Source: Iphione sp. A-MEVVRFRX5
Taxonomy: Eukaryota
Length of the DNA: 64,000 bases
Direction of reading: 5' to 3'
Assembly (NCBI GenBank): GCA_976226885.1
Contig: OZ320316.1
Location: forward strand, 38,068,001 to 38,132,000
The notes under the pieces are model-generated. The model saw only the letters and a program-made list of their open reading frames with translations. It did no database searches and was not told the DNA's origin. Position numbers and translations under genes: made by a program. Each line of letters begins with the position of its first letter. The stretch's first letter is position 1. Shown in pieces: positions 13,901 through 27,600 of this stretch.

Positions 13901-14149
13901 CCCTTGAATACCAGCGTTCTATTATCACCAAGCAATTTGGAACACGTCATTCAAACCACTCCAGTACGTTACAGATAACCTTCTTCGACTTTCATGTTCT
14001 CTACTCACCTGTGTTGTCAATGAAAATGAAGAGTAAGTGACAAATGCCGATGAAAAGGTTGAACAAGTGGCAGTCTGCCGCCATTATCTCCTCCTCAAAG
14101 ATTGCTATCAAACAAATTATAATTAAAAAAACAAGGATTTGCGTACTCC

Positions 14150-14900
14150 CTCTGTAATGGGAAGCTTTAAATCTCCTCTTTCAAATGTTAAGAAGAAGTA
14201 TCCTTGAAGATGTAATAAATGATCCGTTGCTGGAAACCACACGATTACAACCAATGTTTCGCCAGATAACTGTATTTACAGGTTTCTGTGTATATTGCGG
14301 GTAGAACCGATGTCAGTACAGGGTTACAAGGCATGTAATAGGAATGCCTATTAAAACTCTTGTACCTGGAATTCTCCCGACTGCGGCGAGCATCTGATAA
14401 ATGAATACCGGGATCAGCCGGTTTTCATCGTTTGGCAGCGCCTCTCAAGCTTTTGTTTGGTGTGTATGAGTGTACATGTGTGAGTTACTTGAACGTGGGT
14501 GATGGTTCCTCTTTTCCCCAAGGTAACTTTCACCTAGCACGCAAAACATCCATAGGCACGCTCGTCCGTACCACTTCATACTTGCAGATTGTCGTACTGG
14601 CGGTGAATTTCTACCTTGTTAAAAACTGCCAAATACCATAATATTGGCTAGGCAATATCGTGCTCTAAGCAGTAGAAACAAACGCGGTTTTTCTTAGTAT
14701 AATTACAATCTCCGGAGTTGTCGATAATGATACACACATAATGTTTGATGGAAAGAAGTAGTTCTGTGCGGTACAGGAAAGAAATGTCCTACGTTTGTCG
14801 GGTGAATATGGCAGTCTCCGTTCGATACTCTTTACCGTTGTTTTTTTTGTTTGCAGAGGGCGATGCTCCATTTCGATCTCCTCCTTTCACCGTCTTTTTC
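14150..14900 (-). mobile_element. Possible piggyBac-like transposase relic
   Basis: Broken minus-strand frames give RG-RC...KPADPGI and GSTRNI...YLAKHWL, loosely matching piggyBac FRGRC...KPAKYGIK and SGRNIT.DN...LA..LL. No TTAA ends were found. Confidence 0.28.
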
Positions 14901-15429
14901 AATAAAAAAAACAGTATCACTCACCTAAACATTCAAAGCCTTAGCTCTACACCTGGGACGTTTTAGAAGGTTTGGGAAGGTTTCTTTTTCGCCTCTCTAT
15001 AGTTGATGTCACAGGAGTAATTTCACTTGATGTCATGCATCACTGCTTCTTTTATATGATATTTTTAAACGTTGTGTCACTTTCGGTCATAGGGTCTTTT
15101 TAGATAAAGCATCTTGCAGCACTCCACTCGTATAGACGTAGGAAATTCCATGAAAATTCCATGTCGATATGGGTTTCAATAGCCTGTCAAGATTTTATTC
15201 ACCACCAAGAGTTTGATAATAGAAATTTTAGCACGAACTTTAATTTTGCAATATCAACACGTTAAGGACATACATATATGTATAGCTGGTTTGATATTTT
15301 TATATTATGATTCTTGAAACTATATCCATTGATCTTTCTACCTTGTGTTCCTCAGATCACTTATGTATGCCCTACCAGAAAGACTTTATACTTGGCACGT
15401 GTATGGTAATTTGTGTACAGTAAAAGGCC

Positions 15430-16740
15430 CCTCGTCAGGATATCCTTGGATCTGTCCTAAATTCTCTATATTTGCAACGTATCTCTATTGGAGACTTCAT
15501 TAAACTATGCAAAAGTATCCCTATTAGAATCATGTCCCTATTGGAAATAGGGATGGGCATGGCTAAGGTCTTTGATAGTAGGATTCCTAAAACCTCATCT
15601 TGGAGACGTCTAACTTCACTTCTCATATATGTTTCCTCGTGGAACAGATTGCCTCAGTTAAATACAATCCCACTATTTAGTACCCTTAACGCCTTGCAGA
15701 CCAGCCATAGGGAAATCATCAGTGGAACCACAGCTTAATGACCCCTACTGCTACACTAATGAGTTATATGGTGGTGCTACAGATCTACACATAATAACCC
15801 CACCTAAGTACACATGCACTGTTAGGCTACCCTTGGCTGGAAGGTAGTGCACTCAGTGAACCCTACCCTTCTCTGTGGTACCATGCAAATGCACTCAGTG
15901 ACCCTAGCTATCACACAAAGGGTAACTAATGAACCACATTTGTTCTACACATTGTACACAGATCTCCAAGGCCTTTATTGTCCCCCTATAAGAGTACGGC
16001 TTTGCTTTTGTTGCAACAGCTAATAAAGAGCTAGTAGACACCGTGCAAATTGAAAACAACAGGGCCTTAAAAATGGTTGTCTTGGGTACATTAAGAACGG
16101 CCAGATCTGAATTATCCTTGAGATGTATGTTGCGCCTTGGAACAATTAGGCCTAAACAAAAAATATTGGTGTTTCCGGTAACCAAACTGACCCTAATTTT
16201 GGTGTTAATGTACATTTTTATTTTAATCCTGTTTTATGAATATCTCAGCAATGAATGAGGGTAGAGACTCATATATAACACCATTGTGTTCCTTATGCTA
16301 TAAGCTTTCATTTGATATGTATTTCATTAAGATAAAACTATTAAAACATATATTACCAGATCAATTTCTTGATGGGAGTATAATTTCACATTGAAATATA
16401 CCATCTATGGACCTTATATTTTTTCAGCTTATTATTGGAAACACAGAACCTTTTTTCATGCCTCATAGAAAGAGGGGAAAAGCAGTTAGTCCTTCTAAAA
16501 TACAGGTTGTTTTTCCTCGGCATGTGCACCCAAAAAGTCATATAAAAGGACAAGGCAGAATTTGGGCCTTAACATTCCACTGAAAAGGCCACACATGTCG
16601 TTACACAATAAACCATTCTGGTATCAAGGCATTATACAGTGGAATAAGCTAAGCACTGAGAAAAGGGGGGTTGGTAAATTGACCATCTTGAGATGTTTTT
16701 TGAGTAAGAAATTATGTACTTTTGTCCTGCTTTATATCAT
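15430..16740 (+). mobile_element. Decayed LINE reverse transcriptase (Jockey/CR1-like); possibly more than one fragment
   Basis: IRIMSLLEIGMGMAKVFDS resembles RPISLL..GKVFE. KAFIVPL*EYGFAFVATANKELVDTVQIENNRALKMV resembles YKALIRPxLEYG...QNxALR. FWYQGIIQWNKL resembles FxYxGxxxWNxLP. Confidence 0.5.
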
Positions 16741-18455
16741 GTCATAAATAAATCCGGTTACTATCCCTAAAAGTAATCTTGTTTTGTTAATCCAGTTACT
16801 GTAGCCCTCAGTGAACTAAGCCAGTTATCATCCCTTAGTGTAACTCCAGGTGGGTTAATCTAGTCATCATTCCAGAAGGACAGGTTCCACAAAGTAGCTC
16901 CAAGTGCAGATTGGTTTATTTGCCACACAGGACCCCTATTTATAGCAAGCAGGAATGTCGTGTGACCGACTTGATGTCACCGATTGTTTCAGAATATGGA
17001 ATAAAATTGATGCAGTGTTGCTCATGTGAATGTTCTGGACTAATCAGCTTCTAGAGGGTGGTTAAAAGCAGATGCCTGGATAACCAGGGACTTTCACACA
17101 AGTATACAATCTATCAAGAGAAATCCAGAGTCCAGGGTCACCTCTAACCCTGACTTAGGTTCATCAAGTGCAGTTTTTCCCTAAATTGGGTTGGGGTACC
17201 ACAGGCATTAATGACTACAGAGCTCGTGGAGTACAGTTCACATGAACTGGTTGTCACGGTACCACGACCAGCTCCACGATAATGCACTTTTTTATGTATC
17301 ACCTCCTTGTGCTCCCTTTCGATTCATATTTTACTTATTTTCATATTCATTGCAAGATCTCCTTAATGTACTTACCGAGAAGTGAATAAAACCAATCTTA
17401 AATCTTAAAATCACATTGTGTGCCTGTGCATTTTGTTTATCATTCCTGTAAGCATAAATGGCTTGATTTAATGTTATCCAGAGTTATAGCACTCACACAT
17501 GGTGCTCTCTCTTACCCATACAGTGTCCTCTCAGCCTGTGACCACCTCTTAAACCGGACCACCTCTACAATATGAGCATTTTTTTGGAATATAATTACAT
17601 ACATACGACAGTGTTGGATTTTGGTCAAAATTATGGTTATAATTTACAAGTATTTCTATCATATTATCTTATTTCCAGTGAAGATTCAGAATGTAGGGTT
17701 CACCATGCTCATGTAGACCTCCAGTGGTAGTATAAAATTTCCCCTTCATGGCAGTTTCAAGTTGTTCCATTACATAATAAGTAGCAGAAAACGCAAGTGG
17801 TAACTAAACACGACATAATTAGGCTAGTTTCACTTCCTTCATTTTCCCATAGTATAAGACCATGAAGCAATTTTTCTCTTCTTATATATTTGAGAGAAAA
17901 AGTAGTGAGTTGAAGAATTATCAAATCATTGCCTAAAGTCACTGCAAAGAAACACCAAGCAATAAGGTACTAGTACTAGTAGACTGCCCTTTTGTTCATG
18001 GTAAATTGAGCAGAATGTACGTACTTGTCATTTTGGTCCTTTCCCAAACTGCTCCTAGTCGAGACGTGTCCCCATAAGAGCCTGCTTTTCGTAATAAAGG
18101 AAATTTAAGCTGTTCTTCCTAAAAGTGTCCTAACTAGAAACACAAACCTATGGGAGACGTCTCTGGGTTTCCATCGTTAGTAAATATAAATTAACCCTTA
18201 GCCTCCTTTGTTGCTCTAACCTCAAGTGGTTGGGCTCAGAGGGCAAGAAAAAGAATACCTTTCTGATGGACGAACCCTGCCCCTGTCTGTGTCTATTCCA
18301 CCTCTGGGTTACAAACCATGTTAGCTTCAGGTAGTAAAACAAAAACATATACGGCATGTTCTTCACCAAAGTGTCCCTATTAGAGGCATGGTCTCATTAA
18401 ATATGGGTCCCTAAGGTGCACTTGCACTGTATAATGGTTTCTATGTTTGTATATA

Positions 18456-18621
18456 CAGTGGTGTCTTAATTTGCGACCACATTGATTTCTGACCATTCTT
18501 GCTATTACGACCAGCACAGTTTGGTTTCCTATAATAAACACTCATCTATTTCGGAGCAAACTTGTTATTCCGACCATTTTGGGTCAGACCCTACCACTGG
18601 TTGGAAATAGAGACTCAACTG
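18456..18621. mobile_element. pogo/Tigger-type MITE, copy B
   Basis: TA|CAGTGGTGTCTTAATTTGCGACC ... AAATAGAGACTCAACTG|TA. Confidence 0.7.
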
Positions 18622-21600
18622 TACATGTATCTTAGGCATAATTTCTTCTCGCGCAAATTTTTTTGCCTTAAATGAAAACTGGAGCCTATCGGGCCTTGCA
18701 AGCATGAGGATTACAATTTTGTGTATACAACTACTTGCTGCATTGATTTTTTATCATTCTTTTATCTGATGATCTGGAGCCTTTTTTATTCTTCCTACAC
18801 GCAACTTATTCTATTCCGTAGCCTCGGGAGAAAATTTAGAATCATTCCCAGGTCTAAGCTTTTATGACGGACGGATCAATAAGGACATATTAAAAATCAC
18901 TTTTCCATAAAACACAAAGCATGAATCAAGAATAAGTAGTATGAGGGGAATAAACGTATATAATTTGATTATACATTATACACCCCAATCTGGCAAAACG
19001 TGTATATAAAAGTTCAAACTTGACCCTGCCATACGCCCAATAATAAGAAAATGGACCTGAAAACTGCATAATGCAAAACGTGTAGAGTGGAACGATTATT
19101 TATGATGTCATGTGTGAAGCAATCGCGGCAAATGCCAACAACACATTGTAAAAAGCATGAACTGTATTGACGTCCCTGGCGGATTTGGTGATAAAGTTCC
19201 TAACTATGCATTTATATATGCAGAGGAGTCAGCCCTGACCGTGAGAAAGTAGTGCATGTATTATTTTTAGATGACTACCTAATCGATCTGTCCCATCAAA
19301 ACGAAGAAAACGTAAATCTATAATAAACTGAAATAACATAAAATGTTAGCTAGATCAAATTAAGCTTACTGGTGTTACCGCACAATGCTAAGAATGGTTT
19401 GTTCAGACAGTCCTCCATGATCCCGGTTGTCTTACTGATCTATTTCTTAATAGTTCCATCGGTTCCCTTAAAACATACTGTGCATCTTCAGTTATTTTTA
19501 ACGGTATGACTCACAAACATATGGCTATGACTATACAGTTTGTTACTGCGGAATGTAAGACATGGATATGGCTCTAGCAACCAATATTGAAATGATTTTG
19601 CCAAACACGAAGTGAAATAGTTTTGAAACTCTATCATGTGAATATGCTATTTTAGCGTAGTAACATGGGTTGCATATATATGTAGACCGATGTCTTTGTG
19701 GAGACAAATAAATGTTGGAAATAATCGCTCAGCCATCTATTTCCTGCTCTATTCGGCCTTGTCAAGTCAGCCTGTTTTTTGTAATAACATGTCTGAAATT
19801 TTAATCATTCCGGCTTGCGCAGAAAAAAAACCCACTGTAGTTTGTGATATGATTTATATCAGTGTATATACCTTCTTGTTTTTGTAACAAGACTAGTGTA
19901 ATATCTCAGTGCAACCGCAGCAACCTTATGACATTGTATCCAGTGGCAATGCAAGTAGAGCTGACGCGACACGAGGAACAACTGTCACCAAGAGGGAATG
20001 GGCACTAATGTAGGATGCATTATGGATGCCTAGCACAGACATGGGTATTCCAATAAACACATGCAACGCATGCATCCGGCATATACATCCGTCACAGACG
20101 CAAAACGGAGGCATGGGTCTGACAACCAAAACACACCAGGACATGAATATGACGAGATCACACGATTCAAATATTATAAGACAGATCCTCATGAGGAAGT
20201 CATTTGATCGTAAAAACTATCTCATCTATAGGCCCGGGGCTCAACATCTGAGTGGGGAGAAGGGTTTGTTTTAGGTTCAAGTGGAAATCTGTAGTAAATA
20301 TATTTTACTACTTGACAGAATTCTGCTGAACCCATTCAATCTTTAATGCTATATTACCATTAGATGAGGTGGTATGTAGAACATGCAGCACAAAAACAAT
20401 CCAAATCCATCAACAAGTTCATGTCAAGGTGAAACTGCAACTGCTGTGTAGGGAGGGGGGACCTCCCAGTAGAACCCGCGACACTCCCTACCAAAAAGTG
20501 ACATGCCTGATTCATCTCTTTATTTTAGTCTTGTATCTAAAACATCGATTCGTCAACTGCGAATACATGTTATCCTTTCAGAGGAGGCATTGTGATGCTG
20601 CTAACTAATCTTGAGTTTGTTTTCAGGCCCCTTCAGCATGACAGCTTGTAGTTAGCAATGATATTTTTTCTTCTTCGGTCCCTTTCTTTTAAATCCAATG
20701 TGTATGTATGCTGTTACAAATGGTATATGGAGCATGAAACATTAATATTCATGCGTGTACAGTGGATAGTTTCCTTAGGGATATCACTTCAATAATGATG
20801 TGTGTAATGACACATTTGGGAGAAACAGGCTCTAGTTGCTATATGTTACAAGAAATCTCAATGAGGGACATATCTCAAATAGGGATAGTCTTGAAGAGTC
20901 TTTCCACTATACATGTATTTGGGCCTGATGCTTGTATCATTCAAAATTTATTAAGTGGATGGCAACAGCGTATCTATTGTTGGTCTTCTAAAGTAATGTC
21001 ATGAAAGAGGGCATGGACAACGGTGTTAAACTTAACGTTTTTATTCACATTTTATGCAACTTCTCCAGAAATGCCCCAGTTGTAACTCAAATTATAATAC
21101 TTATCGTTCCCTGAAATACGAAAGATCGCCGCTTCTTTGATACTATACACAGAAAATAGGTAGGAAAATTACACGGGCATAACAATTTAAACCAACAGTT
21201 TTTCCGAATTCGTTTTTTCCCTTAAGTCACTTTCAAACAATGTTCACTCCTTGTAAGAGGCCATTACTGTGTCTGTGTTATATAGCAGATGTACAAACGG
21301 ACGAGCTTTCTCTCGTTCGCTAAGTCAGTGCCAGAGTCCCTCTGACGAAACGGTGATGAATGTGTAGTTGTGGTTTTTTTCATGATGATTTCATGATGAG
21401 AGCTGCGTCGCTTATAACACGGAGGACAGACACCTTTACATAAAGATGACATAGCAATCCGATTCTATCTGCGGCGAGTGTGAGTACATGTATTATATTT
21501 TTCACGGCCGCAACATTCACATTCTAGCAAGGCAACGAATGAGAGGATTTCCAGGTTCAAGTAAATATTTCTGGTGAAGTATTTCTTCATATACATGCAT

Positions 21601-23297
21601 TTTAAACGGCCTATACTCAGAAAGAACCATTGTAGATCACATGATTATGATTTCTGATATTCATGCTTAATATCATTGAATATATTTCGTATATTCTTGA
21701 GCGGTTCGCCTGCGTCATAATATACTCTCGTGTGCTTGAATGTAATATTTTATCGTACATGTAAATCCGATTTAAATATGTCATAAATACATAATATATA
21801 CATGTAGGTAGACAATATGGCAATGTGCTCAGAAGACAAAAATATTGATACGAAAAAATATCTGTATATATTAAATCAAGATCAGCACCCTTCATTTTCA
21901 ACATTTGTTTGTATTTTACCAGGATCAGGCCTACTAAAAGCTCCAACGAGCAAAGAATAAGAGCTGATATGTATCCTCACTGTAGTAGACACCGTTGGTC
22001 ACCTTTTACCATACTATGCTGTTGCCATTTATTAGTGTAACAACTAAATGTGGTACTTGGGTACAAGTCATTTAATCTTTCCATACTAAAAGGTTATATA
22101 ATCTAGCTTTGTATTATAAAAAATAGCATAAACTGTAACCCTTTCCTTCCTGAATGTATCATATGTGAAACTTATAATGATTTTGCCAGCATTAGTGTGG
22201 TACTTTCTGTGTCTGTTTTTAAACTGTATTTTAAAATGAGTCTTGTAATAGATTACATGTATATTTCCTTCTGCACGTTAGTCCTTTGTATGAAATCAAA
22301 GCTAGCAGAATTGTTTCCACAATCTTGGAAACTAGTCGACGTGAGCTTCTCACTGAATCAGTGAAGTAGGCAGCTTTCTTATATGTTCATTTATTCTTTC
22401 TCTCATTATGCCGTAAAAAAGGGTACCCCATTAGGGAAGGCCCTGTGGGACTAAAGAATTGTTAGGGTTCTGTTCGTTCCGCACTATGAGCAAGCAAGAC
22501 GCAATAAATTAAACATAAGGAAAATTTTGATTGGATATATAATGATTACAAGGAGAACTATTTCTATGAGCACAGTGAAACATAAAAACCTTCTTGGGTA
22601 AGAAGTCAATTCGACAATTGCCTTGAGTGGACCATATATCTTGACCTACTCATATACAGGCAGTTGCACCCTGTAAAACATATTCCATTTTGGTATCGCT
22701 CCTACACCTGTTTGCCTGTTACGCTCCATCCATTCTTTTCACGTCTTTGGCATTCTTGGAATAAGTACAAATTACTCTCTGTGAGATTATACAGTTATTA
22801 TTGCACCTTAATGACATAATGATGTCAACACTAACATGGTTACATTTTGCTTCGTCCATTTCTCGTCTGTACAACCAAGAAAAGATATTTTATAAATATG
22901 TTATTTATGTACTAGCAGTTAAGTTAATTACGGCCTGCCGTCTCATTTTGTGCTAACTTCATGTTTAGCACATCGTTTTCTACGGTGTGTTAGAGAGGTC
23001 TGCTTTTGTAAGTAACACAAGTTAGCCTGCCGGGGGGAGTCGAGCGCATGCCATTCATGGAAGACTGAGACTGTACACAATTCCATGTGTTCCAATTGCA
23101 AAGCTGGATAACTGAGATACCTGAGACTTGTTACATATATAAAAGTGTAAGTTTGCACCGGATAAATGCAATTGACACCGATCGACTTCAAGTGTGAATT
23201 GCTGGGAAGTAAAGCAAAGGTTCTACCTTTACCCTCAAAGTTGTATATAAAATTACACAATGATTCCAAATAATGTGTGAATTGCTCAATGGGGATG

Positions 23298-23510
23298 TCA
23301 TCTGGCGTAAGGGAGAGGGTAGGGCCCCGGTAAACCGTCGGGGGTCACTGGCATCGCCGTATTCGCCACCGAAACTTCTGTGAAGAGATTTCTTGTAGTG
23401 CATGACATCTGGTGGTGGCGCAGAACATCACTAAGGGCCTGGCGCTGACGCTGGAGCTGACGGATCTCATACGTCAGTGAAGTGTTTTCACACTCCATGT
23501 CCTGCAGTTC
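23298..23510 (-). CDS. ATF3: bZIP gene leucine-zipper/terminal exon (70 aa + stop)
   Basis: Acceptor ...ttaatctttaag|GAA CTG CAG GAC ATG. Heptads L-M-L-L-L-H (the first L lies in the previous exon), then LRHHQMSC, in the same frame as ORF-track 23298..23498. Confidence 0.92.
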   Translation of the reverse strand, partial: ELQDMECENTSLTYEIRQLQRQRQALSDVLRHHQMSCTTRNLFTEVSVANTAMPVTPDGLPGPYPLPYAR

Positions 23511-24592
23511 CTTAAAGATTAATCAAATCAAACGGTTGAAACATTTTTATTATCAGGTGGAAATAGTATTCGTTGCACTCTTCTTTGAGACTGTCAGTTG
23601 TCAACGGTTTGGTTACGTGTGGTAGGTTGGGTGTCCTCTATAGACAATAAGAAAAAAAATGGCATGCACGACAGAATCTTTGTCAATTCTTTGCAAAAGT
23701 TCATCTGCAAAATGCTACATTTCTTTCTTGTGTAAAGTTGGGGCCCCAGAACACACTAACCTCCCCACTAACCTCCCCCCCCTTCCCCATACGACTCTGA
23801 TAACTTGGCGGGCTATTGCTCAGATCGTTGACACATGTACAGGCCCGTAGCCAGGGTGATGTGTGGGGGGTATCAGACGATACCCCCAATACTTAAGATG
23901 TGGAACTAATTTTGTTTATCCTTGTGAAGGGCTATAGGCATAAAAATGTGGGGGTGGGGGGGGGGGTAATCGGACGATACCCCCGATACCACCTTGGCTA
24001 CGGGCCTGATATACATATAGCCTACAACATGTACACACATTTCCCATGGCACTACCATGACAGCTTTGAGGGAAAAATAGACTGAATGGAGATGAAAGAT
24101 ACCTTAACGAGGTGTTCGTGTTGCGCACGGCGCTTGTGGCGACACTTAGTTGCTGCAACTTTATTACGCTCCCTTCTACGCAGGATACGGTCTGCCTCTT
24201 CTGGAGAAAACTGAAACAATAAAATAAAGAATTAGAAAAACTATCCTTGCGCATATATAAACAAACCACATTCATTAGTGTTAAGTGAAGGCTAATGGGC
24301 AGATAATATACGGCGTGTGTATGTGTGGTGCATTTTCTTTGACAGTGTAAAGTGGTCGTTTGATTTAGTATTCGGCTGTCTCGAGCTATAGTCTTTAAAT
24401 TAGTTTCCTTGTACAGGCATGAAGAGTGTGCATGATTTACGTGCATAGTGTGTACTTTTCATCTGACTTTTTCTTTTTTTCTGTCTCCACGTTTGTTTTT
24501 ATTCTTTTCTGCCTGAATATCCCCTTTCTCCCTCCTTTCTCGTATCCTTCTCTCCGCTTCGCCCTTCTTCTAATTCCTTTAGTCTCTCTTCT

Positions 24593-24635
<43 letters not shown>

Positions 24636-27600
24636 GTGTGTGTCTCTCTCTCTTTCACTCTGCGTGTACATGTATACAACATGCGTCACGTAAATAGGGA
24701 AAGGTTCGTGGTTTTGTTTTGTAACGAGTTAATTATAAACGCGAAGAAATGCATCCACTTTTGGTTACTTTAAAAACAATTTAATCCTTTCACTTTACCG
24801 AAGAAAAACAATTGGTTTGGCACAGATGAAACATATGGACCAAAGCCAAAAAAAGTACAGCCACATGAGAAAAAATACGCGTTCCGTTTTAAGATAATAG
24901 CTCAACGGGAGTTCCCCGAATTTGCACAAAATGTTACTTTCATGTCACGAATATTAAATGTGTAAACACACAGGTACTTACGATATTTCCTAATAAGATT
25001 TAGTTTACATCTGAACGGTCACGTGGGTTTCAATTATGACCAAATATGTCAAGCGGTGATTGCTTTGTTACAACATACATAGACATGAAGCTGACGCTAT
25101 ACTTTTTTTTTCTAGGTAGGCGTGCAGAATGACACGAAAAGGGACCTACATTAAAATACTTGCGTTATTCATACGTATTTACTAAAGAAAATATATCTCT
25201 AACTGACCTACTGTGTATTTGAATATGGAATGGGTGGGGGTCAAGTAATATCAAGCGAATTTCAAAGTGCAACGTTACACAAAAAAAGAATGGTTATGAG
25301 AGAAATGGATAATAGTATTATATAATGAGCAACGGACTTTCAGGTCAAAAACAGTGGTCAAAAAGACCGATGTGCTTCAGGAAATGTATAGGAAGGCGGT
25401 TAAAAAGTCCTGTTACGAAGTGCCTCCGTATCAGGCCATATACGGGGTTGGTGTACACGAATCTCAAACAGGTGATGACCCCGGCAGTGATATATACATG
25501 TACCAATCGTAAAGACCACAGGTTTAGTGCGATGGTGGCGAGTTACTCGTATGTCTGTGACACTTTTAACGATGTCAGTCTTTAACGACCTGATATCCAT
25601 GCTACTAAATTATATTTCAACAATATCGTATGACTTTACACCCATGCTGCTAGATTTTATTTTAATAATCTTGTGAAGTGAGATTGTGTGGGTCCTATTC
25701 TATTCAGTTCAATGGGAAACTGAAAGTCATTTAGAGTCATACATATTTTTACTAATAGAGAGAGAGAAAGAGAGAGAGAGTGTGTGTGTGTGTAGCATGG
25801 AAAGACATCGATCATTCTTTAAAAACACATTACATTTATCAGGCCCACTCCCTACCTTTCAAGGGGAACCCCACCCCTACTCCTGCACTCACTTCCACTC
25901 AAACACATAAATACCTCTGCAAAGGCAGCATGGCAGTCACATGTGCCCCATGGGAGTGTTCCCAATATTTGATTGTTCGTACGGCATATATTTGGGGGTT
26001 TTTTTTTTATAACTTTCGCCAGTGTACACAGTTACTTCAGTTAACCTCCTACAGTAATGGCCGCTGACCCACGTCGTGATTCGATGCCAAGTCAGCAGTA
26101 TTATTCCGGAAGTGTCCCAGGAAGAAGACGTAAAGAACAGATTTCACGAGAAGCGCAAGTCATCCGCCCATAATTATACTTCCTTTTTTCGGCGAATAAA
26201 CAGGTTGCACGGGACCGGTTATGAAATACACCTGCCCTTGTTGGGGAAATAGCTCACACTCAGAAAAAGGCGGGTCGATCTCAATTTGATGCCTGACTTT
26301 GGGAAATACCGCCCCCACCCCCTCCCAGGGAACACACAGCACCGAAACCAAATGAAAAGAGAGCGTCATGTGGATGTTCAGTACAATTTTTTAGGCTTGA
26401 ATTTTCGAATATAATGGGTATGGACTGGCTGGCTGGGACAGCCAAACCTGCAGATCCTTTTTCAACGGATTGAACACATAACTTGGGAAGAGTGTGATGT
26501 GGCCAGAGAAAATACTTCATAAATCAAGTCAAATCAAACACAATTTTCTGAGTTCTGATTTCACAGTGAAACGTTTTCCCAGTGAACCTCGGGGGTAGCA
26601 AAAGAAAGGATAAACAGCAATGTATAGCATTTTGTTGGAAAAGAGATCGAATATACTACTGGATCAGCATGCCATACCGGTACACAATAATTGTTCGACA
26701 GTACAAGGTCCTCCTCCAACGCTTCGTCACACCATTTAGAGTAAAATCTAATTCAAGTATAGGCCTTTGAGCCCACCTACATGTATGGGACAATGAAATA
26801 AATCTTCTTGAATGAGGAGAAAGAATCCGGCAACTGCAAATGGGATAAAATTTACCAAAAATAGGTGACAGAAATATGCAGCTTTTCTCTTGTCGCTCAA
26901 TTGTCACGGCATTTGCATATAAAACAACCAGGTTGAAAAAGTAATTAAAACAGTAGAACTAGAGCCTTGAAAATATTTGGACGGAAAAGATCAGTACCAT
27001 TGCAATCATTTATCGGCACCAAGGCAGATATTTGTAAAGTAGGAAGATATTCACAGAACATGTCAACGATGAATTAGGTACAAGTTCCCGAATGAGTGTG
27101 AGGATTTGGCCCGTTAGTGAAGTACATGTATCTCGACTCTGGCCCGTTATTGAAATATCTCGAGATATAAAACAGAATAAGCATCTTGATAAGGAAGCAA
27201 GATAGAAGAATCACCAGCTGTCACCTACTGCCTTCGTGACATTGGATGAAAGCATAAATGTCAAAATAGTAACCGTCTGTGCGACATTTACTACTGAATT
27301 ACCCCAGGATTGAAGATATCTGACTATTGGCACCTTATGAGGCTCGAGGAAAATACGAATTTAGGCGTTATGTAACGAAAGAAGCAACGGGACATAACAA
27401 GTACATATGTAACATATATGTAATGTCAAGACGGACACAAACGATGCAGTTCATCGGGCTGGATTAAGGAGATACACATGTAATTCATAACCCAACTTAC
27501 GGTCTTTTCAGAAAACACATGTGTACCGACGTGAAAGACTTTTTAGATTAAATCATGCATGCAGAGCAATAGAATAAAACGCAAAGCAGAGTAGAGGGTA

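Noticed and set aside
17224-17279. Possible three-way RNA junction (8-bp outer stem, 6-bp inner hairpin)
   Set aside because: The stems are short and compete with each other, there is no ribozyme core, and no second copy supports it.
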